NCBI GenBank assembly: GCA_016872175.1
Contig: VHBA01000007.1
Coordinates: 48-64,047 of the forward strand
Source of the DNA: Sphingomonadales bacterium
GTDB taxonomy: Bacteria; Bacteroidota; Bacteroidia; NS11-12g; UBA955
Length of the DNA stretch: 64,000 nucleotides
Direction of reading: 5' to 3'
Below the pieces are notes generated by a model. It did no database searches. It saw only the letters and a list, made by a program, of their open reading frames with translations, and was not told where the DNA came from. Position numbers and translations under genes: made by a program. Below are positions 35,872 to 45,275 of the stretch, one piece after another. The number at the start of each line of letters is the position of its first letter. Position 1 is the stretch's first letter.

Positions 35872-38085
35872 ATGAGCACGGCAATGGGCGTTGCGGAAGA
35901 CGCAAGAACTGACGCAAGACGCACCCTTAAGGAATTCTTTGGCTTTGATGGCTTCAAAGGCAATCAGGAAGCGGTAATTAATCATATCCTGCAAGGCAAT
36001 GATTGTTTTGTAATCATGCCCACAGGCGCAGGAAAATCACTCTGCTACCAGCTTCCGGCATTGATGATGGAAGGAACTGCCATCATTATTTCTCCGCTAA
36101 TCGCCCTGATGAAAAATCAGGTGGATAATATCCGCGGTTTCTCCAACAGCAGTGCACTTGCCCATTTTTTAAACTCCTCACTAAGCAAAGCTGATTTTAC
36201 CCAGGTGGTGGAAGATGTTACGTCCGGCAATACCAAATTGCTGTATGTAGCTCCCGAAACCCTCAAAAAAGACGAGACGCTGGAATTGCTGCGAGGCATC
36301 AAAATATCCTTTGTGGCAGTGGATGAAGCCCATTGTATAAGTGAATGGGGCCATGATTTCAGACCTGAATACCGACGCATCAAGCAAATGGTGAAAGCCA
36401 TTGATGATGTTCCAATTCTGGCACTCACAGCTACTGCTACACCAAAAGTTCAGCACGATATCCAGAAAAACCTGGGCATGCTGGATGCAAAACTTTTTAA
36501 ATCTTCCTTTAACCGTTCCAATCTGTATTATGAGGTTCGTCCCAAAGGCGGAAAAGACCAGGTACACAAAGATATTTTATCGTTCATCAAAAACAGGGGC
36601 AACACTTCGGGTATCATATACTGTCTCAGCCGTAAAAAGGTGGAAGAAATTGCCGAAATGCTGCAGATGAACGGCATTAAAGCTCTTCCCTATCACGCCG
36701 GACTGGATGCCAAAACCCGCGCCGGACACCAGGATGCGTTTTTGATGGAAGATTGCAACGTAATTGTAGCAACCATCGCCTTCGGCATGGGTATTGACAA
36801 GCCCGATGTACGCTTCGTAATTCACTATGACGTACCCAAAAGCCTGGAAGGTTATTATCAGGAAACCGGACGCGGTGGTCGCGACGGACTCCGCGGTGAT
36901 TGCCTGCTTTTCTACAATCCCAATGATATAGAAAAGTTGGAAAAATTCATGAAGGATAAACCGGTTGCCGAACAGGAAATCGGAGGTCTTCTGATAGCTG
37001 AAACTGCCGCTTTTGCCGAAAGCAGTCAGTGCCGTCGCAAATTGCTGCTGCACTATTTCGGTGAGAACTTCAAGGAAGAAGATTGCAGCCACATGTGCGA
37101 CAACTGCGCACACCCCAAACCCAAAACCGATGTTACCCAGGAAGTGGTTAAGGCAATGAATGCCCTGAAATCCCTGAATGGCGAGTTCTCCATGACCCAT
37201 ATCGTAAACTTCATCATCGGCAAACGTATAGATAGCATCAAGGATTACAAACATGATGAACTTCCCCTGTTTGCCTGCGGGAAAGAAAAGGATAAGGTTT
37301 TCTGGAAATCAGTAATGCGCCTGGCGCTGGTTAATAACTACCTTTTCAAAAACATTGAAAAATATGGCTTATTGAGTGTTTCTGAGCATGGAATGGCATT
37401 TTTGGCCAAGCCGGTGAAATATGAAATGGCCGTAGATACTGAGTTTGAAAGCGTGAGTGAAGACGATTTTGAAAACTTCAAAATGGAAAGCGTTTGCGAT
37501 GAAGAACTTTTTGGTCATCTTAAAGATCTGCGCAAGAAAGTTGCCAAGGAAAAAGGCCTTCCACCTTACGTAATTTTCCAGGATCCAAGCCTGGAAGATA
37601 TGGCCACCAAATATCCGATTACCCTGGATGAACTATCGAACATTAACGGTGTAGGTAAAAATAAAGCACTCAAATTCGGAGAGCCATTCATCAACTATAT
37701 CGCAGGTTTTGTTAAGGAAAACAACATTGAACGCCCCCAGGATATTGTCCTGAAGGGCAATGCGGAAAAATCAGCCAAGAAAGTCAGCATTATTTTGAAT
37801 ATTGACAAAAAAGTAGATTTGATGGAAATGGCTAAACAGCTGGGCATCGAATTTGGCGAACTGGTGGATGAACTGGAGCAGATTGTAAATACAGGAACCA
37901 AACTAAACCTGCGTTATTTTCTGAATCAGTTTTTGGATGAGGATCTGCAAGAGGAAATATTTGATTATTTCCGCGGTTCTCAGGAAGATAATCTGGAATT
38001 GGCCTTCAACCATTTCGACGGTGAGTTTACCCATGAAGAACTGCAACTCATGCGGATTCAGTTTCTGAGTGATATGGGTAATTAA
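35872..38085 (+). CDS. recQ: ATP-dependent DNA helicase RecQ
   Basis: 737 aa. It has 'MPTGAGKSLCYQLPA', 'DEAHCISEWGHDFRPEY', a zinc-binding 'CRR..LL.YFGE......C..CDNC' and a C-terminal HRDC-like 'LRKKVAKEKGLPPYVIF.D'. Confidence 0.95.
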   Translation: MSTAMGVAEDARTDARRTLKEFFGFDGFKGNQEAVINHILQGNDCFVIMPTGAGKSLCYQLPALMMEGTAIIISPLIALMKNQVDNIRGFSNSSALAHFLNSSLSKADFTQVVEDVTSGNTKLLYVAPETLKKDETLELLRGIKISFVAVDEAHCISEWGHDFRPEYRRIKQMVKAIDDVPILALTATATPKVQHDIQKNLGMLDAKLFKSSFNRSNLYYEVRPKGGKDQVHKDILSFIKNRGNTSGIIYCLSRKKVEEIAEMLQMNGIKALPYHAGLDAKTRAGHQDAFLMEDCNVIVATIAFGMGIDKPDVRFVIHYDVPKSLEGYYQETGRGGRDGLRGDCLLFYNPNDIEKLEKFMKDKPVAEQEIGGLLIAETAAFAESSQCRRKLLLHYFGENFKEEDCSHMCDNCAHPKPKTDVTQEVVKAMNALKSLNGEFSMTHIVNFIIGKRIDSIKDYKHDELPLFACGKEKDKVFWKSVMRLALVNNYLFKNIEKYGLLSVSEHGMAFLAKPVKYEMAVDTEFESVSEDDFENFKMESVCDEELFGHLKDLRKKVAKEKGLPPYVIFQDPSLEDMATKYPITLDELSNINGVGKNKALKFGEPFINYIAGFVKENNIERPQDIVLKGNAEKSAKKVSIILNIDKKVDLMEMAKQLGIEFGELVDELEQIVNTGTKLNLRYFLNQFLDEDLQEEIFDYFRGSQEDNLELAFNHFDGEFTHEELQLMRIQFLSDMGN

Positions 38086-38120
38086 CAGCCCGTTCACCCG
38101 GCTTTTGTATATTTGCACCG

Positions 38121-38630
38121 GTGTCTGACAAACAAAATCAGTTTCATGCGCTCTATATGCGTTTCAGGCCCGGTTTGAGAAGCTTTGCATCAGCTATTGT
38201 GAAAAATGCTGAAGATGCCGATGAGATTGTAAACGACGTTTTTGTGAGTATTTGGGAGAAACAGCAACTGCTTATTTTGGACGATTCCCTGAAAAACTAT
38301 CTTTTTACGGCCGTAAAAAACAGATGTTTAAACCACATAAAAAAAGCAAAGCTGCCTTTTGCCGAGATGCCGGATGAATTTTTAGCCGTAGCCCCGGAAC
38401 ACGCCGCAGACCGCGCGCTGGAAGGAAAAGAGCTTCAGCATCATATTACACAACTCATTGAACAACTGCCGACCAAGTGTAAACAAGTATTCCTGCTCAG
38501 CCGCATGTTTGATTTAAGCTATAAAGAAATTGCAGAAATCATGGACATCAGCACCAAAACAGTAGAGAACCAGATTGGTATTGCGCTGAAGTTTTTAAAG
38601 GAAAATACCGGGCGAAATGCGTATTCCTGA
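38121..38630 (+). CDS. ECF-type RNA polymerase sigma-70 factor (Bacteroidota subgroup)
   Basis: 169 aa with a GTG start. Region 2 is 'DAEDADEIVNDVFVSIWEK' and region 4 is 'LP.KCKQVFLLSRMFDLSYKEIAEIMDISTKTVENQI'. Confidence 0.8.
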   Translation: MSDKQNQFHALYMRFRPGLRSFASAIVKNAEDADEIVNDVFVSIWEKQQLLILDDSLKNYLFTAVKNRCLNHIKKAKLPFAEMPDEFLAVAPEHAADRALEGKELQHHITQLIEQLPTKCKQVFLLSRMFDLSYKEIAEIMDISTKTVENQIGIALKFLKENTGRNAYS

Positions 38631-38634
38631 AAAT

Positions 38635-39759
38635 TCAGGTCTTCATACAACGCCTGTAAATATCCAGATAATCATTCATGATTTTTTCAAGATCAAATTC
38701 CTTAGCACGCTGAAGTGCATTGTATTTGAAGGTTTTTAACACCTCATCATTTTCCAAAATCTTTACCGCATTATTGGCCATGTTGGCCACATCGCCCACG
38801 TTGCTTAAATAACCGGTTACCCCGTGTACATTAACTTCAGGAATACCGCCTGCATTGCTACTGATCACAGGAACCTCGCAGGCCATGGCTTCGAGGGCAG
38901 CCAGACCGAAACTCTCGGTTTCTGATGGCAAAATAAACAGGTCGCATACCGATAATATTTCCTCTACGGCTTCCTGCTTGCCCAAAAACGTAATGCTGCT
39001 GTGGCACTGCATATCGCGGCTCATTTTTTCTATGTGACTGCGCTCAGGGCCGTCACCAATCATCAGCAGGCGTGAGGGAATACGCTGGTTTACCAGACAA
39101 AATACAGAAATAACATCTTCCACCCTTTTTACCTTACGAAAATTGGATGTATGTACCAAAACCTTTTCCCCATTGGGTGAAATGGCTTTTTTGAAATGCT
39201 CTTTTGGCTGCTTATTGAAACGCGTAAAATCAATAAAATTCGGCACTACATCGATTTCGCACTTAATGTTAAAATGCTCCAGTGTATCGTTTTTCAGGCT
39301 TTGCGATACAGCCGTAACAGCATCCGACTGATTAATGCTCCAGCTAACAACGGGTTCAAAGGTTGCCTCGCGGCCTACCAGTGTTATATCTGTGCCGTGC
39401 AGGGTGGTGATTACCGGAATATCGTGGCCTTCCTCAGACAATATCGATTTGGCCAGCAAAGCAGCCGAAGCATGGGGAATGGCGTAGTGCACATGCAATA
39501 CGTCCAGATTGGCAGTCTTCACCACATCCACTATCACACCGGCCAGCGCTGTTTCATAAGGTGCGTATTCAAACAACGGATACTTAAGAATACTTACCTC
39601 GTGGTAAAAAACATTCTCGGTGAAAAAATCCAGTCGGGCCGGCTGATTGTAACTGATAAAATGCACCTGATGTCCTCGTGTGGCTAGCGCTTTACCCAGT
39701 TCCGTAGCCAAAACCCCGCTTCCACCAAAGGTGGGATAACACACAATCCCAATGTTCAT
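38635..39759 (-). CDS. bshA: N-acetyl-alpha-D-glucosaminyl L-malate synthase (bacillithiol biosynthesis glycosyltransferase)
   Basis: 374 aa. 'MNIGIVCYPTFGGSGVLATELGKALATRGHQVHFIS' is the characteristic BshA N-terminus, and 'PSETESFGLAALEAMAC.VPVI' is the GT4 EX7E region. Confidence 0.8.
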   Translation of the reverse strand: MNIGIVCYPTFGGSGVLATELGKALATRGHQVHFISYNQPARLDFFTENVFYHEVSILKYPLFEYAPYETALAGVIVDVVKTANLDVLHVHYAIPHASAALLAKSILSEEGHDIPVITTLHGTDITLVGREATFEPVVSWSINQSDAVTAVSQSLKNDTLEHFNIKCEIDVVPNFIDFTRFNKQPKEHFKKAISPNGEKVLVHTSNFRKVKRVEDVISVFCLVNQRIPSRLLMIGDGPERSHIEKMSRDMQCHSSITFLGKQEAVEEILSVCDLFILPSETESFGLAALEAMACEVPVISSNAGGIPEVNVHGVTGYLSNVGDVANMANNAVKILENDEVLKTFKYNALQRAKEFDLEKIMNDYLDIYRRCMKT

Positions 39760-39835
39760 GCAAATAGAACAACAATGTTAGCGACAAGATTTCAAAATCG
39801 GTGAAAAAAATGCAGATTGAGCCCATCTTTGCATC

Positions 39836-40279
39836 ATGGAAGTTTTCACCGACGAATATTTCATGCAAAAAGCACTGGTAGAAGCCCAAAAAGCCATGGA
39901 TGAAGATGAAATTCCCATCGGTGCCGTGGTGGTGTATGAGAATACCATCATCGGAAAAGGGTACAACCAAACCGAAAAACTGAATGATGTAACTGCCCAT
40001 GCTGAAATGCTCGCCATTACGGCGGCTGCTACCCACCTAAACAGCAAGTTTCTGGATGAGTGCACGCTGTACGTGACCATAGAACCCTGCCTCATGTGCG
40101 CCGGTGCTATCAAGTGGGCACGGTTTCACAAGATTGTGTTTGGTGCCGAAGAACCCAAAACCGGTTTTACCCGCATTGATAAACAATTACTGGGCAAAAA
40201 AACAGAGGTTTCCGGTGGTGTGATGGCAATGGAATGTGCGGCTATAATGCAAACTTTTTTCAAACAGAAACGGGGTTGA
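39836..40279 (+). CDS. tadA: tRNA adenosine(34) deaminase
   Basis: 147 aa with the 'HAEMLAI' and 'PCLMCAGA' zinc-binding motifs. Confidence 0.9.
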   Translation: MEVFTDEYFMQKALVEAQKAMDEDEIPIGAVVVYENTIIGKGYNQTEKLNDVTAHAEMLAITAAATHLNSKFLDECTLYVTIEPCLMCAGAIKWARFHKIVFGAEEPKTGFTRIDKQLLGKKTEVSGGVMAMECAAIMQTFFKQKRG

Positions 40280-40283
40280 TGGC

Positions 40284-40316
40284 AACTTTGACAACTTTCT
40301 AAAAGTTGTCAAAGTT
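40284..40316. terminator. 14-bp perfect inverted repeat, a bidirectional terminator-like hairpin between convergent genes
   Basis: AACTTTGACAACTT (40284-40297), loop tctaa, AAGTTGTCAAAGTT (40303-40316). There is no U-tract. The right arm overlaps the stop codon of the minus-strand gene. Confidence 0.5.
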
Positions 40317-41745
40317 ATCGCTCAAACGCCCCTATATCCGGCACCCCGATGCGGGGTTTGCCGTCCAAATCGATGGTTACAGGCGGTGTGAGCAAGATGC
40401 CCGCATTTTGTAATGGCGACAGGGTATCGGGGGTAAAATCACCGGCGTTTATATTTTTAAACAGCGGATCGCGGTTGTAGATGTTTGTAGGACCGGCAAA
40501 AGGTTTGGACTTGCTCTTCATCAGGTTGCCTGAAAAATCGGTGGTAAAAGCCGCACTGCCTCCCTTGTCGATTAGCAATTCCTCCAGCAAATCGCCGTAG
40601 ATAACAGAGTTGTAGGCATTGCACTCCAGCGGTTTGGTATCCAGGATTTTCCCATTTCCATCTCGCAAAGTGTTGGTAAGGGCAAAGTGTCCATCTTGCC
40701 GGGTGGTGTAGTTTACATACGAGGCAAACGTGCAATGCCTGAAATCGTATTTGCCGCCTAACAAACCCAGAAAACTATAACTGCCAGATTGGGCAAAAAG
40801 GCAATTGGTGGCTCGGATATGGGCCGTAATGCCTGCCAGGCATGCCTGTCCGCAATACTGCACTTTGGTATTTTCCAGCACCAGATTATCCGGGCTGCCC
40901 ACAGGCAAAGAATCCACGCGAATACCAATGGCGGCATTCTGGATATCGGCGTATTTAATACTGTTACCGGCACTGCCTACCGTGAAATACAATCCCACCC
41001 ACTGATTGGGCAAGGTGCGGGCTGCGGAAACGGGTTTGTCGCCGGTGAATAACACCCTGCTATTGGACGTGCCTTCCACAAAGAGCTTACCGGCCACGTA
41101 AAATGTGCTTCTTGCAGAACAATATACCTTCACCCCTTCTTTGATGGTGAAACTACATCCTGCCGGCACCAGGGCGTTGTCAACAACCACATACGGTTTG
41201 GTTTTGTCATCCCAAAAACCGCCGCAGGGAAGTGATGCGGCGCGGAAATAGTGAGCATCCCAGCCATAAGCACCGAAAAACATTTTTTGTTCGCGTCCGT
41301 TCACCTCCATCATCAGGGAATCCAGCACCAAGGCCGGACCTGTTTGTCCGTTGGCCTCCAGACTACACTGTACAAATACAAACACGCTGTCCTTGGCCGG
41401 AATTTCCACTTCATTAATCACAGGCCCTGGAATGCCGTCCACATTGACGCGGTACGCCGATTTTATGCCGCCTCCCAGTCTGAAAGAAGCTTTGACAGTC
41501 TGGCTTTCGGGATTTTTAATCCAGGTAATTTGGGTAACACTGATGGGATAGGTGCTGCCCGCCTGTCGGGTAAAAACAGTATCGAACCAAACGGTATCAG
41601 AAGCAATGGAAAGTGTGGTTTTACCTTCAAAAAAGCGTTCCTTGCGGCAGGAAGCCAGCATGAGCACAAACACTATGAAAGGTAGAATTTTTCGCAACGG
41701 AACTATAACGCAAAGGTAGGGTTGCAAATTGCCAAATAGGTTCAT
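40315..41745 (-). CDS. Lipoprotein with a right-handed beta-helix-like C-terminal region
   Basis: 476 aa with lipobox VLMLASC. Repeated 'N..I....i' hydrophobic ladders and the C-terminal 'D.DGKPR....PDIGAFE' resemble parallel beta-helix/choice-of-anchor proteins. This is a motif-level call only. Confidence 0.45.
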   Translation of the reverse strand: MNLFGNLQPYLCVIVPLRKILPFIVFVLMLASCRKERFFEGKTTLSIASDTVWFDTVFTRQAGSTYPISVTQITWIKNPESQTVKASFRLGGGIKSAYRVNVDGIPGPVINEVEIPAKDSVFVFVQCSLEANGQTGPALVLDSLMMEVNGREQKMFFGAYGWDAHYFRAASLPCGGFWDDKTKPYVVVDNALVPAGCSFTIKEGVKVYCSARSTFYVAGKLFVEGTSNSRVLFTGDKPVSAARTLPNQWVGLYFTVGSAGNSIKYADIQNAAIGIRVDSLPVGSPDNLVLENTKVQYCGQACLAGITAHIRATNCLFAQSGSYSFLGLLGGKYDFRHCTFASYVNYTTRQDGHFALTNTLRDGNGKILDTKPLECNAYNSVIYGDLLEELLIDKGGSAAFTTDFSGNLMKSKSKPFAGPTNIYNRDPLFKNINAGDFTPDTLSPLQNAGILLTPPVTIDLDGKPRIGVPDIGAFER

Positions 41746-41757
41746 GCAGATGTAAAC

Positions 41758-42870
41758 TTACGTGAGCAAGCGGTTATATAAAGTAAAAACTTTTTCCATT
41801 TCGCCTGCCCACACATACTTGTTTGCGGCCTGCAGCCCACACTGACGCATGTTTTCAGCCCTTGCGGAGTCTTGCATAATAGAAAGAATAGCAGTGGCAA
41901 TTTCATGGGCATTCGACGGATCAACGCAAATACCCACATTGTTTTCTTCCACCACTGAACGATACAAAGGAAAGTGTGAGGTTACCTGCGGCAACCCGAT
42001 AGCCATGTATTCAAACATTTTGGTGGGGTAACTTTCCACACTGTTTTTCATGGGCTGAATGATGCACATACCCACAGCAGCTTTGCGGCTAATTTCATAA
42101 CCCTTCTCAAGGGTTAACCTACCATGGAAATGAATATGCGCTGAAACATCATTCCAGAACGGCAAGGCATGCAACTGTTTTTCCAGCGATGAATACAATT
42201 CACCTACCACATCAAATTCTATAATATGTCCTTGTTTTTTCAGCATAAACAATGCCTCGGCAATTTGCTGCAAGCCCCGCGATTCAAGGAGAATGCCCAT
42301 ATAAAAAATACGGTTGGATGTGCGGTTTACATTTTCTGAAAACGGCCTAAAAAAAGGCAAATCCACATAATTGAGTACCGTGGTAAAATCGGCACCCATT
42401 TTTTGGTAACGGGTTTCATAGCTTTGCTCAGCAAGGATAACAGGCATTCTTTTAACGGCCCTTTTCTCAAAAAAATGAAAACAGGAATACAATACTTTCT
42501 TTGCTGGAATCCAGGGTTTGTCGAAAATATCTTCAGCCACATTTTCATGGATGTCAAGCACCACTTTTTTGCCCATTAAACGCAATAGCAGGCCACAGGG
42601 AATCAGTTCGGGGTCGTGGATATGGTACAAGTCTGCACCAACACGAATGGCCTTAAAAAACATTAAAAACCAGGTAAGGCAAACACGCGGCAATTTGTTT
42701 TTAAACCGCCTGAAAGGAATGATATGAATGCCTTGGTTTATTTCTTCTTTGGGATGAACCGCGATTAAGGTTACTGCGTAGTTTTCAGTCAGGTGTTTGC
42801 AGTAGCGGTAAAAGATGCGCGTATCGGTGGCCACATGCACAGAACTTAGATGGCAGACACGCTTTTTCAT
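41758..42870 (-). CDS. Glycosyltransferase family 4-like
   Basis: 370 aa from the internal Met ([20 protein letters not shown]). The C-terminal '[18 protein letters not shown]' is an EX7E motif. The longer track ORF to 43125 overlaps divergent lptB and is rejected. Confidence 0.7.
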   Translation of the reverse strand: MKKRVCHLSSVHVATDTRIFYRYCKHLTENYAVTLIAVHPKEEINQGIHIIPFRRFKNKLPRVCLTWFLMFFKAIRVGADLYHIHDPELIPCGLLLRLMGKKVVLDIHENVAEDIFDKPWIPAKKVLYSCFHFFEKRAVKRMPVILAEQSYETRYQKMGADFTTVLNYVDLPFFRPFSENVNRTSNRIFYMGILLESRGLQQIAEALFMLKKQGHIIEFDVVGELYSSLEKQLHALPFWNDVSAHIHFHGRLTLEKGYEISRKAAVGMCIIQPMKNSVESYPTKMFEYMAIGLPQVTSHFPLYRSVVEENNVGICVDPSNAHEIATAILSIMQDSARAENMRQCGLQAANKYVWAGEMEKVFTLYNRLLT

Positions 42871-42945
42871 AGACCCGGCTTGCGAAGTTACGCTTTTTGC
42901 GACCCATTCATCGGGTTTGCCGCTGCTGTGTTGTATTTTTGTGCC

Positions 42946-43689
42946 ATGCGGCTCAGCAGTCATACCCTTTTTAAACAATACGGCGCCAAAAAAGTGGTGA
43001 ACGATGTTTCCGTGGAAGTGAACCAGGGCGAGATTGTAGGGCTGCTCGGACCCAATGGTGCCGGTAAAACCACAACCTTTTACATGGTGGTAGGCTTGGT
43101 GCGTCCGGATGAAGGTTCTATTCACCTGGATGAGGCTGATATTACGTCATTGCCCATGTATAAACGCGCACAGCTGGGTATTGGTTATTTGCCCCAAGAG
43201 GCATCGGTTTTCAGGGAGCTGAGTGTGGAAGACAACATCAAATCCATTCTGCAAATGACAAAATTGAGCAAAGAAGCCCAGACCGAAAAACTGGAATCTT
43301 TGCTGGAAGAATTTGGACTGAACCGGGTAAGAAAAAATAAAGGAAAGGTTCTTTCCGGTGGGGAAAGACGCCGGACGGAAATTGCCCGCGCCCTGACTAC
43401 CGACCCAAAATTCATTTTATTGGATGAACCTTTTGCAGGCGTAGATCCCATTGCGGTGGAAGATATTCAGGGTATTGTTTCCAAACTGAAAGATAAAAAT
43501 ATCGGTATCCTCATCACAGATCACAATGTGCAGGAAACCCTGTCTATCACAGACCGCGCTTACCTTTTGTTTGAAGGAAAACTACTAAAACAAGGCACCG
43601 CCGAGGAATTGGCAAATGATGAAATGGTGCGCAAGGTGTATCTGGGTAAAAACTTTGAGCTTCGCAGGAAAAACCCTGCCCAATCCTGA
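42946..43689 (+). CDS. lptB: LPS export ABC transporter ATP-binding protein
   Basis: 247 aa from [13 protein letters not shown]. It has Walker [10 protein letters not shown], the signature LSGGERRR and Walker [10 protein letters not shown]. Confidence 0.9.
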   Translation: MRLSSHTLFKQYGAKKVVNDVSVEVNQGEIVGLLGPNGAGKTTTFYMVVGLVRPDEGSIHLDEADITSLPMYKRAQLGIGYLPQEASVFRELSVEDNIKSILQMTKLSKEAQTEKLESLLEEFGLNRVRKNKGKVLSGGERRRTEIARALTTDPKFILLDEPFAGVDPIAVEDIQGIVSKLKDKNIGILITDHNVQETLSITDRAYLLFEGKLLKQGTAEELANDEMVRKVYLGKNFELRRKNPAQS

Positions 43690-43693
43690 GGCC

Positions 43694-44653
43694 ATGCGCC
43701 TGATTATCAGCGAAAACAAAGATGTTTACTTCAACCTGGCACTGGAAGATGTGCTATTGCACGGAACAGATGCGGATATTCTGATGTTGTGGCAAAGCCG
43801 TTCTGCGGTGGTTTGCGGCAAACACCAAAACCTGTGCGGTGAAGCCAATTACAGATATTGTAAAAACCACAATATTGATCTGGCTCGGCGGCTCAGCGGT
43901 GGCGGAACCGTGTATCACGATGAAGGCAATGTGAATTTCACCTTCATTCAAAACCTCAAACCACACGAAGAGCTGAATATCAACTTCCGCAAATTCCTGG
44001 ATCTAATGATGGACGTGCTGGGCAGCATGGGCGTATATACTACTTACAGTGGGCGAAATGACCTTTTGTTAAACGAACTTAAAATCAGCGGCAATGCCGA
44101 ACACCTGCACCAGCAAAGCAGAAGGGTGCTGCACCACGGCACACTGCTTTTCTATAGTAAACTGGACACCTTGGGTGAAGCCCTGCACAGCCATGGAAAC
44201 TACGAGAGCAAAGCCGTGAAAAGTGTGCGCAGCAAGGTTGGCAATATCAAACCCCATACAGCATTTGAGAATGTTCAGGATTTTATTGTAGCGCTGGCGG
44301 AAAGATTTATAGTAAAATTTGGCTACTTCCCTTCCATAATAACACCCGAAGAAACTGCAAAAGCACAGGAACTGCGTGCAAATAAATACGCCACCGATGC
44401 ATGGATAGTGGGTTATTCGCCTGCCTACCGGGTGGAGAAAGAACTGCTTTTTAACAATAAGTCTGTGAAAATTGCCTTGTCGGTAAACAAAGGTATAATT
44501 GATACAGCCGCTATCATCGAAGGAAGCGCAGAAGGCCTGGATACAGCCGTTTCGGCACTTACAGGAAAACCATTCAATACAGAAACCGAGCAGCAATTCT
44601 TCACTTCGCTGAACTTACCTTACACGGAAGCAGTCCAATATTCTTTATTTTAA
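43694..44653 (+). CDS. Lipoate-protein ligase A family protein
   Basis: 319 aa from MRLIISEN. 'RRLSGGGTVYHDEGNVNFTFI' and 'ISGNAEH' are BPL/LplA catalytic-domain motifs. Confidence 0.8.
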   Translation: MRLIISENKDVYFNLALEDVLLHGTDADILMLWQSRSAVVCGKHQNLCGEANYRYCKNHNIDLARRLSGGGTVYHDEGNVNFTFIQNLKPHEELNINFRKFLDLMMDVLGSMGVYTTYSGRNDLLLNELKISGNAEHLHQQSRRVLHHGTLLFYSKLDTLGEALHSHGNYESKAVKSVRSKVGNIKPHTAFENVQDFIVALAERFIVKFGYFPSIITPEETAKAQELRANKYATDAWIVGYSPAYRVEKELLFNNKSVKIALSVNKGIIDTAAIIEGSAEGLDTAVSALTGKPFNTETEQQFFTSLNLPYTEAVQYSLF

Positions 44654-44655
44654 CC

Positions 44656-45270
44656 ATGAACAAAAAAGAACGCGTGGCTTTTATTGCCGATACCTTAGAG
44701 TGGTTGTTTCCGGAAACACCTGTTCCGCTCGACCACAGCGATGCTTACACCCTGCTGATTGCAGTTTTGCTGAGCGCACAGTGCACAGATGAACGCGTAA
44801 ACCAGATTACACCGGCACTTTTTGCCAGGGCCAATAATCCTTATGATATGGTTAAGCTTAGTATTGAGGAAATCCGGGAAATCATCAAACCCTGTGGGTT
44901 GAGTCCGGCTAAAAGCAAGGCTATATGGGGTTTATCGGACATTCTCATTAACCAGCATAAAGGCGAGGTTCCTGAATCGTTTGAGGAGCTGGAAGCATTA
45001 CCGGGGGTGGGACACAAAACAGCCAGCGTTGTGATGAGCCAGGCCTTCGGTCACCCTGCATTTCCGGTAGACACGCACATTCATAGGCTTGCGCAGCGCT
45101 GGAAACTTACCAATGGCAAAAATGTGGAGCAGACAGAAAAAGACCTGAAAAGGCTATTCCCTAAAGAAACCTGGAACAAACTACACCTGCAGATTATCTT
45201 TTTTGGACGCAAATATTGTCCGGCACGGGGCCACAAAGAAGAAGAATGCCCTATTTGCGGGCAGATTTGA
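44656..45270 (+). CDS. nth: Endonuclease III (DNA glycosylase/AP lyase)
   Basis: 204 aa. It has 'LLSAQCTD..VN', the HhH-GPD region 'LPGVGHKTASVV', 'VDTH' and a C-terminal Cys cluster. Confidence 0.85.
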   Translation: MNKKERVAFIADTLEWLFPETPVPLDHSDAYTLLIAVLLSAQCTDERVNQITPALFARANNPYDMVKLSIEEIREIIKPCGLSPAKSKAIWGLSDILINQHKGEVPESFEELEALPGVGHKTASVVMSQAFGHPAFPVDTHIHRLAQRWKLTNGKNVEQTEKDLKRLFPKETWNKLHLQIIFFGRKYCPARGHKEEECPICGQI

Positions 45271-45275
45271 GGGGA

